Origin: Okamejei kenojei
Taxonomy: Eukaryota
NCBI GenBank assembly: GCA_035221665.1
Contig: CM069147.1
Span: 44,020,001 to 44,084,000 of the forward strand
Direction of reading: 5' to 3'
Length of the DNA stretch: 64,000 bases
This document shows, piece by piece, positions 36,085 to 46,030 of the stretch. The notes beneath the pieces are model-generated. The model saw only the letters and a list, made by a program, of their open reading frames with translations, ran no database searches and had not been told where the DNA came from. The stretch's first letter is position 1, and every line of letters starts with the position of its first letter. Made by a program: the position numbers and the translations under genes.

Positions 36085-38360
36085 CCATTTTCTCTGGGGA
36101 TACTGCCTGACCGTTGAGTTACTCCAGTACTTTGTTTCATTTTTTTGTAAAGCAGCATCTGCAATTCCTTGTTCCTAAATGTGAACCTACACTTGGATTT
36201 ACACTAGATTGCTGTACGGGTTAAGTCAGCTGCTGGGGATCCTGAGTTGTAAATGCAACCAAGATGATCATTTAATCGGCTGAGTTCAGGGGAAATGATT
36301 TTGCAGATTGTAATTCATAGATAGTTGAAGCAAAAAAAAAAAATGCTGTGTTTACACAATCTGAGATCATTTATTTGGGCTTTAGTATTGACCTCAATGA
36401 GATGAAGCCTGTCCAGGATAAGGTGTTTACCTGAGAACCTTCACTCATTTTTGGGAATGCTACAGAATTCCATTCATTCCCAGATGAGGTAAAGATGGCA
36501 GCTTTCTTCCCCTGAAGCCCATCAGAAAATCAGGTGGATTATTATGATAAACAGGGAGTTTCATGGTTACTTTTAATGAAATTAGGCTTTTATTTCTGAA
36601 TTATTCAATTACCAAAATTGAACTTGTATCTCCAAGCACCTTGAAACTAGAATTGCAACTTAACCCATACTGGCATCTCCGGAGATGAGGTATAGCCATT
36701 GGACACCATGGAGAGATCGTGACAGAGTGGAGTGACAGAATCTCTGCTATTTAGCACACAGTCAGTCTTTAGACTTAACGTGGGTCCTTGTTAGTCAAGC
36801 GCTTACTTTTATTAGAGTGGCTGAGTGCCAGCAGCTCAATTTGGAACAGCTGCCACAGCTAGGAAGATTCACCCCAGTGACAATCACCCTGGACTGTTGT
36901 TAAAACCCAACTGGTTTACATTGAAGTTGTTTTGATTCTCTAAATTTGAAACAATTAGAGATGTAAAATCCAGTCCAGTGGGAACATTGGTTGATTTGAG
37001 TCAGGCACCATATGGATAATATGGACAGGATACACTTTCAGCTGCTCACTACCAAGACAGGATCCCTGCAGCCCTGGAGTTTTGGTTGGAATAATGTCAT
37101 TGTGGAATTATCACAGTTCAAGATGGCACGGACATCTGACCACAAACAGTGGTCACCTGGGGCAGAATCTACATTGAAAATCATTGGGGGGATTTTGGGT
37201 CATAAACATTTGAATGAAGGATCAAATGTTTACTGGAAGCTCTATGGAATTTTCCCCTTCATAGTGGATATATACAATTCAGGCATTGAAAGATACTTAC
37301 TGATAAAGCTCTGAGAAGTAAACAAAATAATTTAGTTTATATTGAATTGCATTTTGTTATCTTAATATACTTTGTGAACAGACAATAATCTTGATTCAAT
37401 AATTGTGAACAAATTGTCCATAATTGTTTAAGTTCAAATATTTTCATATGAACACTAAAATAATATTGCTTGGATTTTTTTTTAGGGGAACCTTATTGAT
37501 CACTGCTGGATGATTACATTGTATAAATCATCAAGTCCCTAATGTAGCTCCAAGGAACAACAGGATTTGATAATTTCAAGGACTTGTTGAATGTTCATTA
37601 TACAATATTCCTGTTATACATCTCTCCAATTTGCATAAGTTCTCAATATTGCAGAAGCAATAACCTTGAACCAGATTCTGAGTTAAAGATCTGAAAACTT
37701 CAGAATACCAGGAGCAGTTATCATGACGTGTTTTTTTAAGCACTTGTCTTATCTCAGCCACACAAAGAGCCTTGTGTTTAATGCTGTGAGCTAACTTGTA
37801 ATCAACTTTTCATCTGTCTTAATGCCTTGTTTTATAGGCTGTCAAGCACATTGAAATCTTTTGTCTGATCAAGTAACCTTTTTAATGTCACGCATTATAG
37901 GATTCTTTTGTCATGACATGATGTGTCATAACAGACATTTTTAATGTGCTTTCCATGTAAAAAACGTTGCATATGATTATAAGAAGGTGTTAAAAAACGA
38001 ACCTAATGAAATCAGACTGGTAGTGTCCTCTGATAATCTACTTCACGTTTACATCTGTCCCTGCTTCCACTTCATTCCTTCTGCCCCCTGTTTTATTCCA
38101 AGGTCCATCACTCTTTCCCCAGCTTGTAGCAATGATTCTCACATGGAAATTCAATTAGTATCAAATAAAGTTCTCCAAACTTAATTGTGAGGTGTCACCG
38201 ACGACTGTACTTCCATAAAGCACAATTGTACTCCTGCCCAAATATTTTAAACCCTCAAGTCTTTTAACAAAGACACCTTCCTTGTCTGTAAATCCAGTTC
38301 TGCACTCAAAATACACAATGCGCAACTCGAACAACAGAGAAGGTTCTTTGGGAAAAAAAA

Positions 38361-38722
38361 GATGTAAAGTGCTGGAGTAACTCAACGGGCAGGCAGCAGT
38401 TCTGGAGAACATGGACGTTTTGGGTTGAACTGGTTGTAGATGGGGGGGGGGGGGGGGAGCTAGAAGCGAGGTGGGGACAGACAAAGCTTGCCGAGTGATA
38501 GGTGGATGTAGTGGAGGGGGGTTTGATTGGCTGATGGTTGTAAAAAATCCAGACATGAAAAGCCATGAACTGAGATGATGAGGAGAGAACTTGCGTTAAA
38601 TGTGAAGCCCGAGAAAGGGATATAAGTGGAATGGGAAGGGGTAAGTGGACGTGATTGTGGGAGAAGTGGGTGCGCAGGGAGGAGATGGGGGAAGAGTGTG
38701 TGGGTGTATGTTGGTTAGTTAC
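38361..38722 (-). mobile_element. Penelope 3' fragment
   Basis: pLTR (aagtgctggagtaactcaacggg...) followed by a purine-rich/poly-G region complementary to the 35750-36050 type sequence. Confidence 0.75.
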
Positions 38723-38865
38723 TCCTACTTGTTGCACCCAAGTGATCCCAAGAGCTGAACACAAGTATTCAAAAATTCACATTAATTCAACATTATCTTT
38801 CAAATGAATTTGGGACAGACTTCTATTTTTGGATTAATACTAATGCACTTGAAAGATGAGTGCAA

Positions 38866-39128
38866 TACAGTGGCACAGCAGTAGAGTTGCTGTCTTCTAA
38901 CTCCAGAGACCCTGATTTGATCCTGACTACAGGTACTGTCTGAATGGCGTTTGCATGTTCTCTCTGTGACCGCATGGATTTTCTCCAGGTACTCAGGATG
39001 CCTCCCAGACTCAAGTCACACAGGTTTGCAGGTTAATTGGTTTTGGTAGTGTGCAGAGTGATCACTGGTTGGCATGGACTCGGTGGGCCGAGGGGCGGTT
39101 TTTGTGCTGTATGTCCAAAGTCTAATGT
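38866..39128 (+). mobile_element. HE1-type SINE
   Basis: gtggcacagcagtagagttgctg...tttgatcctgactac...ggactcggtgggccgagggg. Confidence 0.85.
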
Positions 39129-39281
39129 CTGAAGTAAAGAAATGGAGGTTACTATGATTTAGAATGGATTTTTGAGATGGGAATTCATTTGTTTGGAGGG
39201 GGAATAAATATTTACAGAGTTTGGAAGTATCTGAGGTGCTTCGACCTGATGTGCTGCACTGAATGTGTTTTTAATGTACAA

Positions 39282-39408
39282 ACATCCAAAATAGGTGCAG
39301 GAGGAGGCCATTTGGCCCTTCGAGCCAGCAACGCCATTCATTGTGATCATGGCTGATCATCCACAATCAGTAACCCATGCCTGCCTTCTCTCCATACCCC
39401 TTGATTCC
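39282..39408 (-). mobile_element. CR1/HER1 3' tail fragment
   Basis: aaataggtgcaggaggaggccatttggcccttcgagccagc; reverse complement of the 43140-43245 type sequence. Confidence 0.8.
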
Positions 39409-39535
39409 ATGGGAGTTGTTTTTCTAATGGAATGATGCAATGAAACAAGTAAATGCTGAGATAACTGATTCTCCTTTTAACTTACTGCTATGCTTTATAA
39501 GTTGATAAGAAGGCATCTGCCAGTATCTCAACTGT

Positions 39536-39705
39536 AGACACAGGGAACTACAGATACTGGTTTACAAAAAGAGACAAAAGTGCTGGAATAACTCTGCAGG
39601 TCAGGCAGCATCTCTGGAGACCAATAATAGGTGACATTTGGTCGGTAGGAGAAAGCTGGAAGCGAGGTGGGGGAAGGACAACGCCCGGAAAAGTGTTAGG
39701 TGGAT
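39536..39705 (-). mobile_element. Penelope 3' fragment with internal deletion
   Basis: ggaactacagatactggtttacaaaaagagacaaaagtgctgg...gaagcgaggtgggg. Confidence 0.7.
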
Positions 39706-40328
39706 TCTTTCTTTCTTATTGGGCATTGAAGCAGTGGAGATTCATCCAAAACAAACAACATAATTGCATTGTTTTTTGAGTATGCCAGAACTCTGATTAT
39801 AAATCCAGAAGAAATCTATTTGTGTGCTTGGTCCCAGTTATTCTTCATTTCTCTGAATCACACGTCCATTTGTCTTTCATCTATATAGCTACACTCATAT
39901 ATTTTATCAATTATGATACTGCACACATGTCTATGGGACATGGAAGCTTCCTTACAAAGGATTGGACATCACATTTCATTGGGACTAGTAATGCTGGAAT
40001 ATTATCATTACATAATTTAAGCTTATAAAATATTTTTGAATATTTTGAAAAGGTGTAAGTTTTTCCATGGAAGTGAAATGACAGAAGCTGTCACCGCCCA
40101 CTGTAAGATGTAATGAGTAGATGATCGCTAAGGTGGCTTACATTGTGTCCACAGATTATTTGAACTTAGAGCTGTCCACTTCAGCTTTTTCATTACATTC
40201 TTTTCCCTTTACAATAGCAGTTTTAATAACTTTAATTATCAGTTTAATATCTTACTTATTACATTTCCAAACACCATTATGTTGCAATCAGGTTATCATC
40301 CACTGCAGAGTAATGCTGAATATTATAA

Positions 40329-40552
40329 GAAAAGAAGATAGACACAAAATGCTGGAGTAACTCAACGGGACAGGCAGCATCTCTGGAGAGAAGGAATGGA
40401 ACGTTTTGGCTCGAGACCCTGTGAAGAAGGGTCCCAACCCAAAACATCACCCATTACTTCTCTCCAGAGATGCTGCCAGTCATGCTGCTGAGTTACTCCA
40501 GCATTTTGTGTCTATTTTCGGATTAAACCAGCATCTGCAGTTCCTTCCTACT
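40329..40552. mobile_element. Fold-back Penelope pLTR insertion with 15-bp TSD
   Basis: Inverted arms around ~40420; tgctgaatattataa (40314-40328) vs tgctgaaaattataa (40553-40567). Confidence 0.9.
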
Positions 40553-41074
40553 TGCTGAAAATTATAATTATAAAATTAAATTGACGACAAGTGGTCTACA
40601 TATTTGTAAATAGTGTGAAAATCAGAAGCTTGTTATGTTTTTGACACTGAGAAAAAGAGCTGAACTGAATTCACCATGATCACAGGCGATTGATTTCCGA
40701 TGGATAAAACCCACCCATGTGCGCACTTGCAAGGAAAGCTTGAGTTTGTGCTTTACTTTTAAGTGGAAAGTGAGGAAGCTGAGCTTGATGCCACAGTTAT
40801 GTACTTGTAAAATTCTGAAGAAATACCAAACTTCCCTATTGTAATCTGCAAATTCCCAAAGTTCTGTATCCAAGAAGCGTTATTACACTGAGAACACATT
40901 TTAAATTTTGCAGTCTCTTAGCATTAACCCAAAACACAGGGGTTTATTTTTTTACATTTAAGGCACTTGATAGAGAAAATAGCTGTGTTCAGATTATTTA
41001 GAATATCACACTGAATGCCTCGCGTGGGACCTGTCAGTGTGTAGTAAATTGTTAGTGCGTAGCAAATAGGACAA

Positions 41075-41395
41075 CAGGTAGTGCTGCTGGCTCACCATTC
41101 CAACAATGTATAAAAATGAGCTCTAGTGCTGTCCGTGCAGAGTTTGCATGCTTTCTCCATGACCATGTTGGCTTTCCCTGAGTGCACCAGTTTCTTTCCA
41201 CATCACAAAGAGGTGCTGGTTAGCAGGTGAATTGGCCGTGGTGATCTGCCGTCAATGTAAGTGGGTGGTGGGAGAAACAGGTTGCAGCTGATGGGCCTCT
41301 GAGAAGGAGAATGATTTGCATGGAAGCAAAAGAGGGAATGGGATTGATGAGGTTACTGTGAGAACTCGCCAAGGACGTTGGAGCAAATAGCTTCT
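41075..41395 (+). mobile_element. Old HE1/V-SINE-like element
   Basis: gtgctgtccgtgcagagtttgcatgctttctccatgacc...ccacatcacaaaga (SINE central domain) with a different 3' part. Confidence 0.6.
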
Positions 41396-41511
41396 TATTG
41401 AAATATGAGTTGAATTAAATATGATTCATGTGCACATTTAAAAGTAACGTTTTGTGTTCATGTTGAAAACAACATTTTGAAAACATAAAATAACCTTCTT
41501 TAGCTGTACAT

Positions 41512-41607
41512 TGCTGAGAAGGGTCCCAACCCAAAATGTCACCTATCCATTTTCTACGGAGATGTTGCCTGACTGGCTGAGTTACTCCAGCACTTTGTGT
41601 CTATCTA
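41512..41607 (+). mobile_element. Penelope pLTR unit (no tail)
   Basis: gagaagggtcccaacccaaaatgtcacc...gttactccagcactttgtgtctatct. Confidence 0.8.
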
Positions 41608-41639
41608 AGTCCTGCAATGTTGCTTTTTACTTCACATAC

Positions 41640-41953
41640 CGATGGTGCAGTGATAGAGTTGCTGCCTTACAGTGCTCACAGCGCCTGACACCCGGGTTTG
41701 ATCTTGACTACAGGTGCTGTCCGTACAGAGTTTGCACGTTCTCCCCGTGACCGCGTGGGTTTTCTACCGCTTTCTCCCACTCTCCAAAGACGAACAGGTT
41801 TGTAGGCTAATTGGCTTGGTACAAATGCAAATTGTCCATTTTGTGTGTGTAAGATAATGTGAACGTGCAAGGATCGCTAGTCGGCACAGACTTGGTGGAC
41901 CGAAGAACCTGTTTCCACGCTATATCTCGAAACTAAACAAACTACACTAAACA
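41640..41953 (+). mobile_element. HE1-type SINE
   Basis: tRNA-like head, central domain, 3' cctgtttccacgctatatctcgaaactaaac tail. Confidence 0.9.
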
Positions 41954-43036
41954 AAACCTGATGCTGTTATTTTAATGCCAATATTGGCCTGATTCATGGA
42001 TATTGTGTTTGTAATATTTCTCAAGTAGTAAAAAGTTAATGAGTAACATCTTGCAAATTTCAATTCCACCTGTTTACTGTAATAAAAACAATAAATAGCG
42101 TGTTGGAGAAAATATATTTAAAAGTTGATATTTTATTACATTATCTTTTTTTATATTCTGTCTATCCTTAAGGCATTTAATACCTGACAACATCACAACT
42201 GTTTCTATTAGCTCACTAGTATGATTTATCTCTGATAGTAAGCTGGTAGGTGTGTGCATACCAAGCATGTTCTAAATATTTTTGACTTGTTTTGTGCAAC
42301 ACAAAGCATGCAGAAGTTGACAGCTGAATCCTTGTGATTTTATCCAGTTGCTTTCTTCATTGGGAAATATACATACAGCCGTGGGAATTTGGTTTTGAGA
42401 TGTAGACTTTTTCTGCTGTTAAGTTTGGACAAAAGCTTGAAGTGTGTCTCTCATGTCCAAAATACAACTTTGTTAATGAAATGCAAAAATGCATTAACCA
42501 ACTCAAATTCATCAGGGTGCTAAACACTTGCTAAAACAACCCAATTTAAATAAATTTGATCCTGAAATTATTACCAAAGCAACTTGAGATGTCCTCTTTA
42601 AATGCTCAAATGACTTTTCTGAGACACTGATGATTGGAACTTTCCATAATGTAAAATGTTGATATACCAGAAAGCTAAGCCAGAATACATGGAGCTGCTG
42701 ATGGAGTCTTATTTCACTCTTTGATTGAGTATGGTATCAAAAGGCTATATTCTAATCCAACTGATGCAATTTGCATTCGGGAAAAAAATTGGTCTACGGA
42801 GGATATCATCTCTCTTGCACTGTTCAGCCCTGAATCTCCTTGACAATAAGAAACCTATGTCAGGGTGCTTTTCATTGACCACAGCTCAGCCTTCAATACC
42901 ATAATGCCAAGTAAGCTCATCCCTAGACTTCAGAACCTTGGTCTTAGGGCCTCCATCTGCAACTGACTTCTGGGCTTTTTCATTGGTAATGAAAGAGCTC
43001 AATTAGTTAGAATTGGTCATAATTCTGGTCATAATT

Positions 43037-43270
43037 GGTCGTGAATCTGTAGAATTCTCTGCCACAGAAGTCAGTGAAGGCCAATTCACTGGATGTTTTC
43101 AAGAGAGAGCTAGATTTAGCTCTTTGGGCTAACTGAATCAAGGGATATGAGGAATGGGGTACTGATTTTGGATGAGCAACCATGATCACATTGAATGGCA
43201 GTGCTGGCTCGAAGGGCCGAATGGCATACCGCTGCACCTATTTTCCATATTTCTATTTTTCCATGGTTCT
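43037..43270 (+). mobile_element. CR1/HER1 3' end nested in Rex1
   Basis: VVNL*NSLPQKSVKANSLDVFKRELDLAL and 3' tail ggctcgaagggccgaatggc...(tttcta)n. Confidence 0.9.
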
Positions 43271-43503
43271 ATAATATCTCTTCAATTCTGCCTCTCGACA
43301 CTGAATGTTCCGTAGGGTTGTGTGTTCAATCCCATGCTCTTCCTCCTGTACAATCATGGCTGTGTGGGGAAATACAAAACATCATTTTGATCTATAAGTT
43401 CTCCGATGATACCACTGTTGTTGGCCAAGTTCACAACAAAATGCAATGTTGTACATGAAAGCGATTGAGAACTTTGAGTCATGGAGTCAGGACAATCGCC
43501 TAA

Positions 43504-43791
43504 AGGGGCTGTCCCACTGTACGAGCTAATTCAAGAGTTCTTCCGAGTTTTCCCTGATTGAACTCGGAGAATTACGGTAATAGCCGCTCGTAGGTACTCG
43601 GGGCTCTCGTGGACATTTTTCAACATGTTGAAAAAATCTTCACGAGCTTGCCGCTTTTCCAGAGTACCTGCCGTTTGCGTTACGAGCTCCGACATACGCG
43701 TTACGTACATTCTACGTGCTTACCACGAGTTTGATTTTTTTTTTAAACTCGGGAGAGCTCTTGAATTACCTCGTATAGTGGGACAGGCCCT
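43504..43791. mobile_element. PIF/Harbinger-type MITE (same family as 10357-10677)
   Basis: TIRs aggggctgtcccactgtacgagctaattcaagag / ctcttgaattacctcgtatagtgggacaggccct; TAA at 43501-43503 and 43792-43794. Confidence 0.9.
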
Positions 43792-44768
43792 TAACCCTTA
43801 ATCCCAGCAAGATGAAAGAGTTGATGATTAACCGATGGAAGTGAGGGGGTGAACACATCTTGTCCACCTCAATGGGGCTGCTCAGAGAAGGTGGACAGCT
43901 TCCTACGCATCCATATCACCAGCAATCTAATATATTCCCTTCACACTGATGCAGTGATCAAGAGAACGTATCAGTCTATTCACTTCCATAGGCATCGGAG
44001 AAGATTTAGTATGTTCACAAATATTCAGGATTCACGTGGACTTGTTTAGATGCGCTATCTAAAGTATTCTGATGGGATACATCTCAACCTGGTGAGATGT
44101 CAACTGCTCTGCTCATGGCCGCTTGAACATGTAGAGAATAGTGAACACAGTCTGTCAACATCGGCTCAGTGTTTCCTCCCAACAAGTCCATCTTCATGCT
44201 GCATTGTATTGGGATGGCTGGAAATATCACCAAGAATGCCTGCCACCCTGGCCATTTGTGTTGTTTTACTTTCCACCTTCTGGGAGAAGGCACAGGTGAT
44301 TGAAAACTTTCACATCCAGACTTAAAAGCAGCTTCTTCAAACTGCTCTAAAACTCATGAACCAATCACCTTTTTCACACCCAATTCCCAGAGGTGCTGCC
44401 ATGTAGTCTTACTCTTAACCCTATTTTATTAGCTTATTCCATTCCTATAATATTCCTTTGCACAGCTTGCGTTTTGCAACACGATCGTGCACCATTTTGC
44501 ACCCACTGTAGTATTTGTTGTTGTATTTTTTTCATTATTCTATGTATATTGTTTGCTCTGTGAGAAAATAATTTCACTTGTAAAAGAATATGTTCAACAA
44601 CTCATGCATCACTTCTCAATCAGAAGATAACCTTAAGATCCGCCCAGAGTCCCAAATGAGGTGACTAAGTAGAATCATTGACGTAACCCATATTCCACTA
44701 TCCATGGTAAATAGATTGTATTATTGGGTCTCCATTACGTTATATGTATAGATGATCCAAAGACTGAG

Positions 44769-44871
44769 ACCCATTCCTTCTCTCCGGAGATGCTGCCTGT
44801 CCCGCTGAGTTACTCCAACATTTTGTTTCTTTCTTTGGTGTAAAACATCATCTGCAGTTCCTTTCTACACG
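44769..44871 (+). mobile_element. Penelope pLTR unit (tailed, truncated just after the hammerhead cleavage triplet position)
   Basis: acccattccttctctccggagatgctgcc...cagttcctttctacac. Confidence 0.85.
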
Positions 44872-44874
44872 TTC

Positions 44875-44897
44875 TATATATATATATATATATATAT
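44875..44897. repeat. (TA)n microsatellite
   Basis: Direct inspection. Confidence 0.95.
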
Positions 44898-44989
44898 TGC
44901 CTTCTGGCCTCTTTGTCATGCAATGTTCTTGTCAGCTGGAAATGGAAAGATTCTTCGAGACTGACAACTTTGACCACAAGTCCATTAGG

Positions 44990-45340
44990 CAGTTGTTTGC
45001 ACGAAACATCCTACAGATGCAATGAGCGATGTACTTGATGGAGCCTGTGGGTGGGTTTCTGTGTAGATCTGGCAGGATCACCTGTACTCACCGACAAGTA
45101 CCAAGACTTGACTTGGCTGGAGGTGCCCACCCAGTTAGATCCTTCCTGTATGGTTAGAATCTCACTCCCAATGCACTCTCCCTTAGGATCGCTGGGATGA
45201 GGAAGAGACGATTGCCCATTTCTTAGCAGACTGTGGATTTGTTAAGAGGTTCTGACAAAGGATGCAAGGGTCCATATCGCAGCTCATCCTGAGTAGCTGC
45301 TTAGCTAAAGACTCTGAATCAAAGGCTTTTCCCAGGGACA
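44990..45340 (+). mobile_element. Tx1/L1-clade LINE ORF2 C-terminal (zinc-knuckle) remnant
   Basis: LTDKYQDLTWL..PVRSFLYG*NLTP....EEETIAHFLADCGFVKRF*QRMQG resembles the ETxxHxxxxC zf-RVT motif. Confidence 0.7.
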
Positions 45341-45389
45341 CACTCAGAGAAAAAAACATTGTGCTGCAGGCAGACCATCAACACAGTGA

Positions 45390-45414
45390 GTGTGTGTGTA
45401 TTTATGTATATATG

Positions 45415-45447
<33 letters not shown>
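45390..45447. repeat. (TG)n/(TA)n microsatellite
   Basis: Direct inspection. Confidence 0.95.
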
Positions 45448-45450
<3 letters not shown>

Positions 45451-45712
45451 CCGACTATGCCACGCTTGTATGTCTAAATATATTTTTTGATACTTTGAAT
45501 GGAGAAATAATTGCCCACCATATAGTAGATAACCAGGTCAAGATTGGTGAAAGTAACCTGCTTGAAGAAGCAAAAGTGCTAAATATAATTGAAATCCTAT
45601 TGAAGGTTTCTTACTTAAAGGCTTATGGCTTGAAATCACATCTCGACACACCTATTTTCCAATTTAAGAGGCCAGTTCAGATATCAGTCCAGTAACTTAT
45701 TGATTCTGGTAA

Positions 45713-46030
45713 TTTAGTTTAGGCGATACAGCGCGGAAACAGGCCCTTCGGTCCACCAGGTCCTCGCCGACCAGTGATCCCCGCATATTGACACTATCCT
45801 AGACACACTGGGGTCTTTTTGTTTAACATTTCACAAGCCAATTAACCTACATGCCTGTACTTCTTTGGAGTGTGGGAGGAAACCGAAGATCTGTGAGAAA
45901 ACCCACGCAGGTCACAGGGAGAATGCACAAACTCTGTACATACAGCACCCGTCGTCGGGATCGAACCCGGGTCCCCGGTGTTGCATTCGCTGTAAGGCAG
46001 CAACTCGACCGCTGCGCCACCGTGCCGCCC
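45713..46030 (-). mobile_element. Full-length HE1-type SINE with intact Pol III A and B boxes
   Basis: Minus strand A box TGGCGCAGCGG (46009-46019) and B box GGTTCGATCCC (45957-45967); CpGs largely retained; (ctaaa)n tail. Confidence 0.92.

Larger units (their letters stand above)
35445..36175 (+). mobile_element. Penelope 3' fragment (GIY-YIG C-terminus, pyrimidine-rich region, pLTR) containing a nested pLTR insertion
   Basis: SPSHSHTDL|SVLCLLHCQNE...MNIEFSSFR*; terminal pLTR at about 36048-36175. Confidence 0.85.
42780..44570 (+). mobile_element. Decayed Rex1/Babar LINE (RT domain to 3'UTR) with two nested insertions
   Basis: [42 protein letters not shown] (catalytic DD), QDNRL|TLNPSKMKELMI, C-terminal HPGH..LLSTF region. 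Confidence 0.9.

Noticed and set aside
38161-38764. 131-aa and 152-aa minus-strand ORFs
   Set aside because: Derived from the low-complexity non-coding 3' region of Penelope (poly-C, pyrimidine-rich).
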